Under the pieces are notes generated by a model. That model made no database searches. It saw only the letters and a list, made by a program, of their open reading frames with translations, and was not told where the DNA came from. This document shows positions 33,099 through 47,146 of a stretch of DNA of 64,000 bases, piece after piece; within the stretch, counting starts at the first letter, position 1; every line of letters begins with the position of its first letter. Origin of the DNA: Octopus vulgaris. Lineage: Eukaryota. A program made the translations under genes and the position numbers. The stretch covers positions 130,386,001-130,450,000 of the forward strand of contig OX597818.1 in NCBI GenBank assembly GCA_951406725.2. The letters run 5' to 3'.

Positions 33099-34440
33099 CT
33101 TATCAACATTTTAATGTGATATTTGGAACATAATTAAAGAAAGGGTTCTTAATCAATTCTATTGCATAACTTTTGTCTCAAAGTGACTTTAATTACAGGT
33201 AAATCCAGGTAAATTGAGCAAAAGGTAAAAATATTAAAATTTTTAATTGAGCAAAAGTTAAAAAATTAAAATTTTGTTTAAACATCACTATAGAAAATGA
33301 ATCATCAGCTAATATTCAAATGGGTATGCAACAAAATTTGATAAAGAAGAATTGTGCACACCACTATATCATCAGTTGAATTTAATCCACAACAGGTGTA
33401 CCATAAAGGTGGAATAAAGTGAAATACTAGAATCCACCGTAAGTTTGACCGAACTAAAGAAATCGGTCAAAAAAATAATATACGGCCCTGGTTATGGTAT
33501 GGAAGTAATAAATTCCAGACCACATCGTTCCCTAGGCCATGCTGACTAACATTTTCCCTGTATAAAAACTAAATCCACGCAGTACCCAGTAATTTGCTTG
33601 ATAAATTTCCCAAACTTTGAACCCCGATTTTGTGTTTGTTTACGTTCTGCGTAAGTTTGTTTCCGCATTGATCGCTTCAAACAATAACTTCCAGACCACA
33701 TCATACCCTAAGCCATGATGACTAACATTAGTTTCCCTGTATAAAAACTAAATCCACAACAGTACCCAGGATTTGCTTCACAAATTTTCCAAACTTTGAA
33801 CCCCGATTTTGGGTTTGTTTACAATCTGCGTAAATTTGTTTCGGAAGTGATCGCTTCAAGCTAGCATACTGAAGAAAATAAAAGTCTAATGATTTCACTT
33901 CCTAACAAAGGCTGTAGATAAACTTTATCTCCTCAGAAAAATTGCTAATAAAAACATTTAAAAAGTTTTTTTACTCCATTCCGATGTAAAATCGTCTTCG
34001 CTGTCGCCTTCGCCACTTTGTTTCTTCGGAAGGCGCGGCTTTCATTTTCGGATGAAAAAATATTCATTATTTTGTACACCACGTTCTTTAGTACCTATTT
34101 CATTCTTTTTCTCGATATCTCCCTATTTTCCGTTGAAAAAGCTTTAAATTCGGAATCAATGCTTGATAACATGAAACTCCTATCCATTTACAAAGTTGAA
34201 GAAAAATCGATGCCGAAAAACATGTGAAAAAAAAAGTTGAGATATAACTTCAAGCAATGTCGGATACTATAACTTAACTATTTACAATGTGAAATCACAT
34301 GTTTTAACGAATGTACCAACGAGATTTGGGTTCAAATTACATTTAAACAACAATAGGTTCTCACGGCCGGGTACGGCCGGCTTGGTATTATGAACCAAAA
34401 AGTTTTACGGCCGGCTACGCCCGGGTTAGTAACGAAAGGG
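33099..34440. mobile_element. piggyBac-like MITE, middle and right end (left end deleted)
   Basis: Collinear with 4289-4869, then continues to the right TIR TAGTAACGAAAGGG (34427-34440) followed by TAA. Internal ~170-bp duplication at 33513-33680 and 33689-33859. Confidence 0.75.
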
Positions 34441-34529
34441 TAACAGTGGTGAAGATGGTTGGGGTACTTCAAGTTTGGTGGGCCCCTCATACAGAAGAAT
34501 TAAAGTCATGGAAAATTACCGAATTTAAA

Positions 34530-34916
34530 TCTTTATATATAAATGAGAAGTTGTGTGTCTGTCTCCTACGATTTAGATTCCTAACTACTCCCACATTTTG
34601 CGGTGCAGTTTAACCAAATTCGGGTATCTTATAGTCGTGATTCATATCGAGTCCTTCTGGGTATTAGCTCGCGTCTACGATGAGTCTACGATTTTAAAAA
34701 TAATTTACCATCATCTTTTCCATTTTAATGCATTTTTTCGCTATTATATAAGGGAAGTAACCCTCTAAAAATGTCTACGATGAGTCAACGATTTTAAAAA
34801 TAATTTACCATCATTTTTTTCCCATTTTTTTTGCTATTTTTTGGCTATAACTCTCTAAAAATGCTTATATAGTTATTTCCCTTACAAACCCGAGCAACGC
34901 CGGGCGATACTGCTAG
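34530..34916 (+). mobile_element. Non-autonomous Helitron-like element
   Basis: A|TC 5' end, CCCG-N8-CGGG hairpin (34889-34904), CTAG|T 3' end, no TSD. Confidence 0.75.
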
Positions 34917-35340
34917 TTTCATATAATTGAATTTGATGAGTTAGCAGAAAATGTTACTTTATAAAATACACTTTTCAAAATTCAAATTTTGGTTTTCACA
35001 CATCCACTTGTGGTGTTTGACTTTTCCTTCATTGAAAAAAGTACAATGAAGGAGGGAAGAGGGCTAAGATTTAAAAAAACATTTTAACGTGAGTTACAAA
35101 TGTTTTGGTATGCAGAACACAATAAAATGGCAAAATATTACAAAAGGATAAAAAATAACGTTAGTGGTTGTTGTTGTCCTAAAGACATGACAAGTGTGTG
35201 TATGTGTGAGTGCGTCTGTGTGTGTGTGAGTGTGTGTGTGTACATGTATATGTGTGTGATGGGGTGGAGGCACCAACTTTTAAAAGACATAGATTTATAA
35301 AGTTCTTGCAAAACAATGAATATGTATATACAAACACACA

Positions 35341-35383
<43 letters not shown>

Positions 35384-35467
35384 TCTTTCAACATGTGATC
35401 TCTTGAGCACCACCAGCTCAAATATTTTTTCCTTTGTCTTCCCTTCTTGGGATCTTTCCTTCTCCTT

Positions 35468-35502
35468 GTTTCCGACGAAGAGCTCCGCTCGAAACGTTAA
35501 AC
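35468..35502 (+). ncRNA. Minimal hammerhead-like motif (variant core CCGACGA) in a Penelope-type repeat
   Basis: GTTT-CCGACGA-A-GAGC tcc GCTC-GAAAC-GTT-AAAC. Confidence 0.5.
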
Positions 35503-35607
35503 CTTCCTTCCCTTCTTTCCTGATCATCAATAATACTTTAATTGTTCCACATCCTGCGTTGCTGTGTTTTTTTTTCTCTTTTTTTCTGTGTTTTCTTGTT
35601 TGGATTA

Positions 35608-35647
<40 letters not shown>

Positions 35648-35736
35648 GGGAAAGTTTATGAAAATAAACAAAAGATGAAGGCAGGTGGAGTACAAACAAA
35701 CAAATGTATTAGTATAGTGATCAGGAATAGAAAAAG

Positions 35737-35774
35737 TCTTTTACGTTTCGAGCCTACGCTCTTCGACAGAAAGA
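35737..35774 (-). ncRNA. Minimal hammerhead-like motif (variant core CUGUCGA)
   Basis: Minus strand reads TCTTT-CTGTCGA-A-GAGC gtag GCTC-GAAAC-GTA-AAAGA. Confidence 0.5.
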
Positions 35775-35929
35775 TACACAGAAAAAAACAAGGAGAGAAA
35801 AAAATGCGTGTAGGAGCTAACAATCTATCATGGCATCCTCATGTATATATATATATATATATATATAAATACATGCACACAGACTCATATATATATATAT
35901 ACATGCACACACACATATATGGCATAGTT

Positions 35930-36147
35930 TTTTATTGTTTTGCTTGTTTCAGTCATGTGACTGGAGCCCTGCCTTTAGTCGAAGAAATCTACTACAGGAT
36001 TTATTCTTTGTAAGCCTGGTACTTATTCTATTGGTGTGTTTTGCCAAATGGCTAAATTACAGGGATGTAAACACAGAAACATCGGTTGTCAAGCGATGGT
36101 GGAAATACAAACAGACACACAAACATATACATACGCATACATATATA

Positions 36148-36196
<49 letters not shown>

Positions 36197-36362
36197 ACGA
36201 TGGGCTTCTTTTAGTTTCCATCTACCAAATCCACTCACATGGCTTTGGTTAGCCTGTGGCTATAGTAGAAGATATTTGCCCAAGGTACCACACAGTGGAA
36301 CTGAACCTAGAACCATGTGGTTGGTAAACAAGCTACTTACCACTAAGCAACTCCTATGCCTA
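35930..36362 (-). mobile_element. tRNA-derived SINE, family A (degenerate)
   Basis: Reverse complement of the element at 51213-51630. Confidence 0.65.
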
Positions 36363-37217
<855 letters not shown>

Positions 37218-37920
37218 TGTACTGTTTTATAGAAGTTCAACAACTTGGTATTAGAATTGTTCTTGTTTAATAAAGTGATATTGATATATTTCTTGCAATC
37301 GATAAAAACCAATAAATATTTAAGCATTAATAAATACACTTTTTTGGGGAAAGTAAGCCTTCAAAATATTTAAAGAATACAAAGAGAGATATAAAGATAA
37401 ATTAAAACGTATCAGTCAAGGTACAGCCCAGAAGAGTCTTCTTTGTCAGTCAATTTCTGAGGAGGGAAATTACTGGTTTTAGTTGTAAATCATCAAAAAA
37501 TAACTTTGGACTAGCTTAGTTTACCCTAAATCTTTTATTGAGTTGGAAAAAAAAATTAATGATAAAATTAATAGATGACTACATCAAAAATATCTCTAGT
37601 CCTCCTGACTGTCTTTTTTCAGTTTCTGTTTTATTCTTGATTCCAAGATGGTAGATTTGGCTTAGGTTCCCAACTTGTGGTATAGTTCCCTTATTTATTC
37701 AGCTGCTCCTGTTGTATGTAGTTGGTTGTATTTGTGTGTAATGTTTAGTCAATTTGTTTGACTAAAACCTTTAGAGATGGTGCTTCAACATGGTCACAGT
37801 CAAATGACTGAAACATATTTATTATCATACATATATATGATAGATTTTATATGTTATATATGTTTTCTATACACACATATTATCACACATGCAAACACAC
37901 AGACACACATACACACACAT

Positions 37921-37980
<60 letters not shown>

Positions 37981-38034
37981 GACAAGGTATAAATAATGGT
38001 CTTCTTTTATTGTAGTAAATTTGACTTACAGCTG

Positions 38035-38085
<51 letters not shown>

Positions 38086-38890
38086 CTTTGGAGATATGTT
38101 GTGCTTGAGAAGACCCTGCAAGCCAAGTGAGACCATAACTGTGGCCTATGCCAGTACCGCCTGATTTGCACCTGTGCCAGTGGAACGTTAAAAGCACCCT
38201 ATGAGCATGATTGTTGTCAGGGCCACTGACTGGCTCCCATGACGAGTGGTATGTGCTAGTCATTATAAATACTGTCAGTCAGTGTCAGTATAAGGAGAGA
38301 ATATGAAGTAGATGGTCATAGATAGTCATAGTCTTACATTTCTTTACTAACTATACTGCCATACCAGAGTGGGCATGATAGCAGCCCAACAGAGCATTAC
38401 AACAACGATGATGAGGAATTAACAAACTCATGAGGAATTAGCAAACTCTTGATGAATTAACAAACTCACAAGAAGTTACAAAACTGACAAAAGTTTTTGT
38501 GTAAATTTTATGGTATACAAAATCGTAAAATCATTGAAGAATTGTTGGCCAGTTTGTTCAAGTTGCAAAAACAACAACAACAACATAAATTACTATTGCA
38601 GCAAAGAATACTGCAATTAATGAAGTCATCAAAAAATGCTCAAAAAATGTTCTCACCAGATTATATTGCAAACTCGATAACAAAGTTTAAGTATGAACCT
38701 GATAAAGGAGTTACCTTCAAGGCATACTATAGAAGATACAAACAAATCTTCAATAAAGAGTGCAAAGATTGGAATGACGATATGAAAACACATTTCATCT
38801 GAAGAAAACTAGCAACAGGAGAGCAAGAGTGTTACAGCAATTATGTACTCCAGAAAAAAAACCTTCTGATATAAACTTTAAAAATACAAT

Positions 38891-39277
38891 GGATGGAAGC
38901 ACTCCGTCGGTTACAACGACGAGGGTTCCGGTTGATCCGAATCAATGGAACAGCCTGCTCGTGAAATTAACGTGTAAGTGGCTGAGCACTCCACAGACAC
39001 GTGTACCCTTAAATTAGTTCTCGGGGATATTCAGTGTGACACAGAGAGTGACAAGGCCGGCCCTTTGAAATACAGGTACAACAGAAACAGGAAGTAAGAG
39101 TGAGAGAAAGTTGTGGTGAAAGAGTACAGCAGGGATCACCACCATCCCTGCCGGAGCCTCATAGAGCTTTAGGTGTTTTCGCTCAATAAACACTTACAAC
39201 GCCCGGTCTGGGAATTGAAACCGCGATCCTATGACCGCGAGTCCGCTGCCCTAACCACTGGGCCATTGCGCCTCCAC
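38891..39277 (-). mobile_element. tRNA-derived SINE, family B, inserted in the Gypsy gag
   Basis: Head GGAGGCGCAATGGCCCAGTGGTTAG (A box) plus B-box-like GGTTTCAATTCCC. 12-bp TSD TAAAAATACAAT at 38879-38890 and 39278-39289. Confidence 0.85.
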
Positions 39278-39614
39278 TAAAAATACAATAGACACATTGT
39301 GTAAAATTTTTAGAGAGAGAAGTTTGTTGTTCAGTCACACGCTGGAAATGTTTGAACCTAGAAAAGAACAACAAGGACTTCATTAAAAATGCTGGTAGAG
39401 TTAACAGAGAATGTGAAAAGTTCAAACAGGATGAATTAATGCCAGATATGTTCAAGTGCCTGATATTTACTCAGGGATTAACTGCAGTAAATGATGCAGA
39501 AGTAAGAACAAGAATTCTTGCTAAGCTGGAACAAAACCAAGCTGTAACCTTACAACAAGTGCCAGAAGAGTGTGAAAGAGTAGTAAATATAAGATATGAC
39601 ACAGAGAAAATTTT

Positions 39615-39970
39615 GATCGTTGCCAGAGCAGCCAAAGGCTTCTGTACCCGTGGCATGTAAAAGGGCACCATTCGAGCGTGATCGTTACCAACGTCGCTTC
39701 ACTGGCACCTTTGTTGGTGGCACGTGTAAAAAGATTCGAGCGAGGTCATTGCCAGTACTGCCTGACTGGCCCCCGTGCAGGTGGCACGTAAAAAGCACCC
39801 ACTACACTCCGGAGTGGTTGGCGTTAGGAAGGGCATCCAGCTGCAGAAACTCTGCCAGATCAAGACTGGTGCCTGGTGCAGCCATCTAGTTGCCAGCCCT
39901 CAGTCAAAACCGTCCAACCTATGCTAGCACGGAAAACGGATGTTAAATTATGATGATGATGATGATGATT
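39615..39970 (+). mobile_element. RTE-type 3'-UTR fragment with (GAT)n tail
   Basis: Shares the ~60-bp repeat and GGAAGGGCATCCAGCTG with 48510-49212. Confidence 0.7.
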
Positions 39971-40156
39971 GCTCCCAAGTGAAACAAGTGCATCGGAAAA
40001 TACAAAAGCAGCAGAATAAAAATCGAGTGTGTACTAAAATGCAGTACAAACAGGACAAAAATCAGGAAAAAAAAACCAATGTTTTGCATGTGGAGGTCTA
40101 CACCTGAGAAAAAAACTGCCCGTTTAAGAAAGTGGAATGTTTCCATTGTGGAAAAA

Positions 40157-40528
40157 TCTCTCTCTATATGTCTGTGCGTGTTTCTGTGTGTCTGTTTGCT
40201 TGTACCCTCACCCTGACCACGGCTTTCAACCGATTCTGATGAAACTTGACACACACATAGCCCAATGTCATAATTCAAAACTAACGTAGCGAAAATTTTG
40301 AAAAGTTCCCCCAGTTCTGAAAAAAATCGATAAATTCGACATGGGGTCGAGAATCAGAAACACAAACCGCAAACTGTCTAGGGGACGCAACTCCACCTTT
40401 TTTCACTCTCAAAAAAAATTTACCATCATTTTTTTCCATTTTTTTGCTATTTTTTGGCTATAACTCTCTAAAAATACTTTATAGTTATTTCCCTTACAAA
40501 CCTGAGCAACGCCGGGTGATACTGCTAG
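40157..40528 (+). mobile_element. Non-autonomous Helitron-like element in the Gypsy zinc knuckle
   Basis: A|TC ... hairpin ... CTAG|T. The 3' ~110 bp are shared with the element at 34530-34916. Confidence 0.72.
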
Positions 40529-41107
40529 TTAGACTATAAACACACACTCTAAAACCAAGATTACAAAATATTGGAAAAAAGAAAAAAGAATAAACTGGAT
40601 TAAGGAAAATGGTAATATAACAAAGAGGAAATTTGTAAACGTGAAAATTGAAAATATAAGAGTAAATATGCTGTTAGACACTGGAAGTGACATTACCATT
40701 GTGAACAAAAAACGCCTGGAAGTATATCGGTAAGCTGAAATTCAGTAAATCTACAAAAGTAGCACACGGGTAAAAGTAGCACACAGGTAAAAGATTGTAT
40801 TTTGTTGGTGAATTTGTGTGTAACATAACAGTTCGTGACCAAATGAAACAGCAAAACTACATGTGTTAAAAAAAATTCAGTTAATCAATTCGGCACAGAG
40901 TCAATGGAGCTATTTGAATTGTGGTATATGCCCGTAAGAGTTGTGTGTGGGAATATAGTCGGTTCAGTCAAAGGTTCGAATTTGACTGAGGGATAGAAAC
41001 AAAAAAATAAAGCATTTATTTCCAGATGTTTCTTCGGAGGAACTGAACTGTTGCACGAAAGCAAAAGCAAAAATTGTAATAAAACAAAGTACAACACCTG
41101 TATTTAA

Positions 41108-41327
41108 CCCTTTAGTATTCAGATTACTCTGTTGAATGTAATATTTTTTTACTCAAATTGCTTTGAATTAATCAAGCATTATCTTATAGCTTTGGGGTTT
41201 CAATGATTTGATTGTTTATTTTTAGAATGTCAATGTAGGTTAGGTGTGAGAGACTAGATATCGCCAGTTTGAATATAAAACATATAGAATATTTGGGCCG
41301 GATATAGCCAGTTTAAACATTAAAGGA
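41108..41327. mobile_element. ~220-bp TTAA-flanked piggyBac-like MITE
   Basis: TTAA|CCCTTTAG...TAAAGGA|TTAA. An inverted paralog lies at 43921-44140. Confidence 0.7.
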
Positions 41328-41754
41328 TTAAGCCAAAACAGAATAAACTGCTCATTGTAATCATGGTAAATAAGGGACTTGAGAAACTTGAAAGCATAGG
41401 AATAATCAAGAAGACAGACCACTCAGACTGGGTAGCACCTATGGTCTATGTAAAAAAGAAAATTAATAAGTTAAGAGTTTGTGCGGATTTTTCAGTAGGG
41501 TTGAATGATTGCTTAATTTCACATAACTACCCATTGCCAAGTCCTGTGGAAGTGTTTTCAAAATTGAATGGAGGGAAATTCTACACAAAATTAGACTTCT
41601 CGGAGGCATATCTACAAATCCAAGTAGAAGAAAAATGCTCGTACTTATTAACCATTAATACACACCATAGGTAGTCATGGACTTACATGTCTTTAATAAC
41701 AATACTGTTCTACAGAGTGGGTGCTATAATAGTTAGACGAAAGGATTACAACAA

Positions 41755-41792
41755 TATATGCATACATACATATATGTATTATACATATATGT

Positions 41793-41832
<40 letters not shown>

Positions 41833-42063
41833 GCACATATATATACATGTATATATACATTTATATATATATATGTATATGTATATACATATATATATAT
41901 ATATATATATACATATATATATCTATACATACATATATATATATATATTTATTTATAGATACATATATATATTTATTTATACATATATATATATATACAT
42001 ATTTATATATGTATATATATACATATTTATATATGTATATATATATATGTATATGTATATATG

Positions 42064-42097
<34 letters not shown>

Positions 42098-42230
42098 TTT
42101 ATGCATATATATGTATATATATATGTATATATATATATATATGTGTGTGTGTATGCGTATATTCATGTATATATATATGCGTATATATAAATATATATAT
42201 GTATATATATTTATATATGTATGTATATAT
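41755..42230. repeat. (TA)n-rich microsatellite
   Basis: Direct inspection. Confidence 0.95.
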
Positions 42231-42689
42231 TAGAGAGAGTGACAGACAAAGACAGAGAGTGTGCAGGTCAGGTTTGTGGGTGGGGGGTATGTTTGTGTTA
42301 GATTTATATTGCATTTGTTCATTTAGAGATTTGTGCAGCAGGGAACCAATGTCGAATGCTATGAAAGTGGTGGTAGGGGTGATGGTCGCATGGGAGAGTA
42401 GACTGTGACCAGTTTGGCCACAGGAAATATAAAGCTCACACAACCCAGTGTATGCATGAACATCAGCATCAGCATCAGCATCAACATGACCATTTGTGAT
42501 AGGAATCACCTAACCATTCTCACCACCATGGATTGAGACTCAAACTGGACTTCCCTTTACTTTTCCTTTCCCATGCTCTCACTCCCCACTATAGAATTAG
42601 AAAGATTAGTGAAAGGAGCTTATTGGTTTGACTTAGTTTATCTTCATCTACATCTACAGTGGCAAACTGTCTTTGTCATCCATGACTCA

Positions 42690-43200
42690 TTTTGGCAGTG
42701 GTGGTGGTGGTCAAAGTGGTAGTGGTGGTGGTGATAGTGGTGGTCAAAGTGGTAGTGGTGGTGGTGATCGAAGTGATGGTGGGAGTGGTAGTCAAAATGA
42801 TGGTGGTGTTGATCAAAGTGGTGGTGGTGGTGGTGGTGGTAGTGTTGGTCTAAGTGGCGATGGTGTTGGTCATCGTCATGGTGGTGGTGGTGGTGGTTGT
42901 GGTCAGGGAGTGGAAGGATCTGATGGTGGTGTTAGATGGGAGGTACCTTGTTGAAGAGGTGAACTGATGATAGCTGTGGAAGCCGATGGTGGTGGAGGTA
43001 GCGTTCACAGTGGTGGTCATGGATAATATGGCAAGTTTATGGTGGTGGGTGGGTGGATGGTTGGAGTGTCAGTGATGATGGTGGTTAGATGGGAGTGTTA
43101 GTCAGGTGGTGAGAAGGTGATTTTTTTTGGTTGGTGGTGGTGGTGGGGTTGGGGCGGCGGTGGTGGTGGCGTGGGGCAGGGCAAGTGAAGGGATGAAGGG
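42690..43200. repeat. (GGT)n low-complexity tract
   Basis: Direct inspection. Confidence 0.85.
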
Positions 43201-43920
43201 TGGGTGTACCATTACATATCATCAAAAAGAAAAAAATAAAGAACAACAACAAACAGGTTCTTCAGTATCTTTCTGGAACAGAACAGCTTGCTAAGAATAA
43301 GTGTTCCCTGAACAAGGATCAGGTGTAACGGAGGGTAGAAATGGGGTGGGGGGAAGGAGAAAGACACAGGGAAGGAGGTGGCAAAGGAGGTGTGTCAAAT
43401 GGTAAAACCAGGAGCAGAAGAATAAGCAAGAGTTATGCAGTTGCTGTAGTTGCGCTGATATTGTCAGCCCTGGTTAAGCAGATATGGGATCAAATATGTG
43501 AAGGTACATGGCTCAGGGGTTAGAACGTCAGGCTCACACTCATGAGGTAGTGAATTCGATTCCCAGACTGGGCAAAGTGTTGTGTTCTTGAGCAAGACTC
43601 TTTATTTCATGTTGCTTTGGTATACTCAACTTTAGAAATGAGTTGCGATGTCACTGGATAATATCAGTGGCATGGAGGAGAGGCTGGTATGCATGGGCAA
43701 CTGCTAGTCCTCCATAAACAATTTTGCCCAGATCTGCACCTTGGAGGGGAACTTTCGAGGTGCAATCCAATGGTCATCCATGACTGAAGGGAATCTTTAC
43801 CTTTCTATGTTTCATGGCCATACTGTATTTTTAGGCGATATCTAGGAATACAGTATTCATTGATCCCTAGACTGAATTATTGCTGTCTTCAATTGTAGTT
43901 AGTGGAGACATGTGGCTTAA

Positions 43921-44140
43921 CCCTTTTGTGCTTAAACCAGCTATATCTGGCCAAAATATTCTCCCTTTTATAAGTTAAAACTGGTCAGATATGGTCTTTC
44001 ATAGCTAGCTTACAGTGTTATTTCAAAAATGAACAATCAGATCATTGAAATCTCAAAGCCATGAAATAATGCATGATTAATTTAAAATGGTGTTCATACA
44101 TAAGCTTTACATTTGACAGAATAATCTGAATGCTAAAGAG
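43921..44140. mobile_element. TTAA-flanked MITE, opposite orientation to 41108-41327, interrupting a SINE head
   Basis: TTAA at 43917-43920 and 44141-44144; ends CCCTTTT...TAAAGAG. Confidence 0.68.
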
Positions 44141-44936
44141 TTAATGGTTGGGGTGTTGGACTCATGATTGTAAGGTTGTGGCTTTGAATCCTGGACTGGG
44201 TGATGTGTTGTATTGGGGGATATATATACAGCATGGAAACTGAGAAACTGGCCCTTATGAGTTAGCATGACTCAAGTATCTTTACCATTGAAAGTGGAAG
44301 TGCATAGCTTAGTGGTTAGGGTGTTGAAATCATGATCGTAAGATTGCAGGTTTGATTCCTAGACCAAGCAATACCTTGTGTTCTTGAGCAAAACACTTCA
44401 TTTCACATTGCTCCAGCCCATCCATTCAGCTGGCAAAAATAAGTAACCCTGTGACAGACCAGCACCCCATCCAGGTGGGAATATATATGCCAGAGAAATT
44501 GCGAAACTAGCCCCTATGAGTCTATATAATTTGAGAAGGAACTTTAATCCTATTCTAGCCATTGTGGTCAAGGTATAATTTGAGGAAGACTTAGGTTGCA
44601 ACTTCTAAAAGATCAAGCATCCATGCAGGGATGGAATTAGCATGGTAAGAAGGACAGTGGCTGTTACTGGACAAGTGAAAGCAGGTCAACTGAGACAGTA
44701 GTAACAACAACAACAACGTTACCAACAATAGAAGTGATAGTGATGGTGGTGGTCGTGGTGGGAAATGGTTGGGATTTTTTGGTAGGGGTCAGCTGTTTTG
44801 GGGTGGAGTGTAGGTTATGTAAGCACGTGCTGTTTGTAATGGGACTTTTGGTTTCTGACAAAGAGGGAGTGGTCAGTAGTGATCATGGAATGGTGATGGT
44901 AGCAGTAGGGAGGCTTTTGTATAAAAAGGGGACACA

Positions 44937-44980
<44 letters not shown>

Positions 44981-45779
44981 TAGATAGATAGATAGATAGA
45001 TAAACAGATACATACACTCACACACACACACACACGTATAGCGAAAGACAAAGAGAGAGAGGAGGTAAGTGTTTGCATGGAATGGACAAGGAATGTAAGT
45101 TTATACATAGTTTGCAATAAGTCCATTGTCCAGTGGAGCTAGCCTGATAGCCACTGTCCTGGCTTCATTTTTTTTCCCTCTTCTTCCAGCCTTGCCCATC
45201 CACTCATGCACTATGGTCAAAGTGAAGTCCATTGTCCATCCATTGGCAATAATTATCTATAATTCTTACTGTTTCCTTTGACCAGCCCCCCCTCCCCCTG
45301 CTGCAATACCACTCCCAACTCCCCAACTCCCTCTGCTCCCCACAAAAACTGCCTTGCCCACAACCACTATTATTCCCACCCCTTTAAAAACCCAACCTCA
45401 ACCCCCCCAACAACACTACTTATACTCACTCCTCTCACTACCACCTTCGGTCTCCTACACACTGCTTTTCTTTTTCTCTTCTACCTCTCTAATCTACTCT
45501 ACACCCCCACCCCCCAACTTACCCCAACTCACAGTGAAACCCCTGGACCCAGAAATCTATCCCACCACCCAGTCCCTATGGTCAACTTCCCACTCACTTC
45601 CACACATTGTTGTATTAACTGGATGCCTCCCACCACCACCACCACCACACACTGTCTCCATTGAAAGCTCCGGCCACTCAGCAAACCTATCACATCATTT
45701 TGTCCAGTGAATTCAGGAAGTTTGATCTTCCTTTCATCCTCCCTCCTTTCTCCCCTCCTCTCTCTTTCGCTATGTAAGC

Positions 45780-46245
<466 letters not shown>

Positions 46246-46462
46246 CAGAAGTAATGACCTTTTTGCATTTCATGACTTTTAAAGTATATAAATGTTTATT
46301 AAGTAATTTTTTTTATTGAACACAAATTTATTGCATTACTTAAAGAAAAAAAGAAAAAATAATGAAAAAAAATTGCAGAAGTCTTAGGAAAGAAAAAAAA
46401 ACTCAATAAGAAATGAGAAAACTCAAATACAAAAGAGCGTTACTTCTGTCGTACCCTGTATA

Positions 46463-46995
46463 TCATCATCATCATCATCATCATCGTTTAACGTCCGCTT
46501 TCCGCGCTAGCACGGGTTGGACGGTTTGACCGGGTCTGGGAAGCCAGGGGCCGCTCCAGGCTCCAGTCTGAATCTGGCAGAGTTTCTACGGCTGGATGCC
46601 CTTCCTAACGCCAACCACTCCGTGAGTGGATTGGGTGCTTTTTACGTGCCACCTGCACAGGGGCCGGAGGGTCCGGCATCGTCACGATCGGATTCGAGCA
46701 TTTTAACGTGTCAGCGGCACGGGGGCAACGAGGTCCGGGGTACTTTGGGGATCGGGGTATTTTGGGGATCCAGGGTACTTTGGGGATCCGGGGTACTTTG
46801 GGTATCCGGGGTACTTAGAATGGGTAGGGGGTACTTAGAATGGGTAGGGGGTATGTGGAATTGCTGCAGAAAGCAGCCCGGGTCTTTGTAGTCACAGCAT
46901 ATCTCCAGAGATCTCGGTCCTTCGCCATTGCCTCAGTGAGGCCCAATGCTCTGAGGTCATGCTTGACCACCTCATCCCATGTCTTCCTGGGTCCA
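46463..46995 (-). mobile_element. RTE-clade LINE 3' end
   Basis: PRKTWDEVVKHDLRALGLTEAMAKDRDLWRYAV C-terminus, followed by 3' UTR and (GAT)n tail. Confidence 0.8.
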
Positions 46996-47111
46996 TATAT
47001 ATATATATATATATATATATTTAAAATATATATATAAAATGTGACTTCGTGTGTACCGTTGGCGATTTTTTTTCCTCTGTCTTCCCTTCTCGGGATCTTT
47101 CCTTCTCCTAT

Positions 47112-47146
47112 GTTTCTGATGAAGAGCTCCGCTCGAAACGTTAAAC
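47112..47146 (+). ncRNA. Minimal type I hammerhead motif with canonical core in a Penelope-type repeat (~47040-47245)
   Basis: GTTT-CTGATGA-A-GAGC tcc GCTC-GAAAC-GTT-AAAC. Paralog of 35468-35502. Confidence 0.6.

Larger units (their letters stand above)
1..33679. repeat. Tandem segmental duplication array (gene plus ~3.5-kb spacer), at least 5 units, continuing left of the window
   Basis: Near-identical spacers at 3606-7163, 12834-16401, 19840-26085 (with LINE) and 28159-31729. Bases 1-235 match the spacer end. Confidence 0.97.
38270..41674 (+). mobile_element. Fragmented Gypsy/Ty3 LTR retrotransposon relic (gag, protease, RT) with nested insertions
   Basis: gag-like FKYEPDKGVTFKAYYRRY and VNRECEKF...FKCLIF; Cys knuckles CFACGG and CFHCGK (~40080-40155); protease LLDTGSDITIV (~40665-40705); RT SDWVAPMVYVKK...RVCADFS...YPLP...KLDFSEAYLQI (41363-41674). 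Confidence 0.85.
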
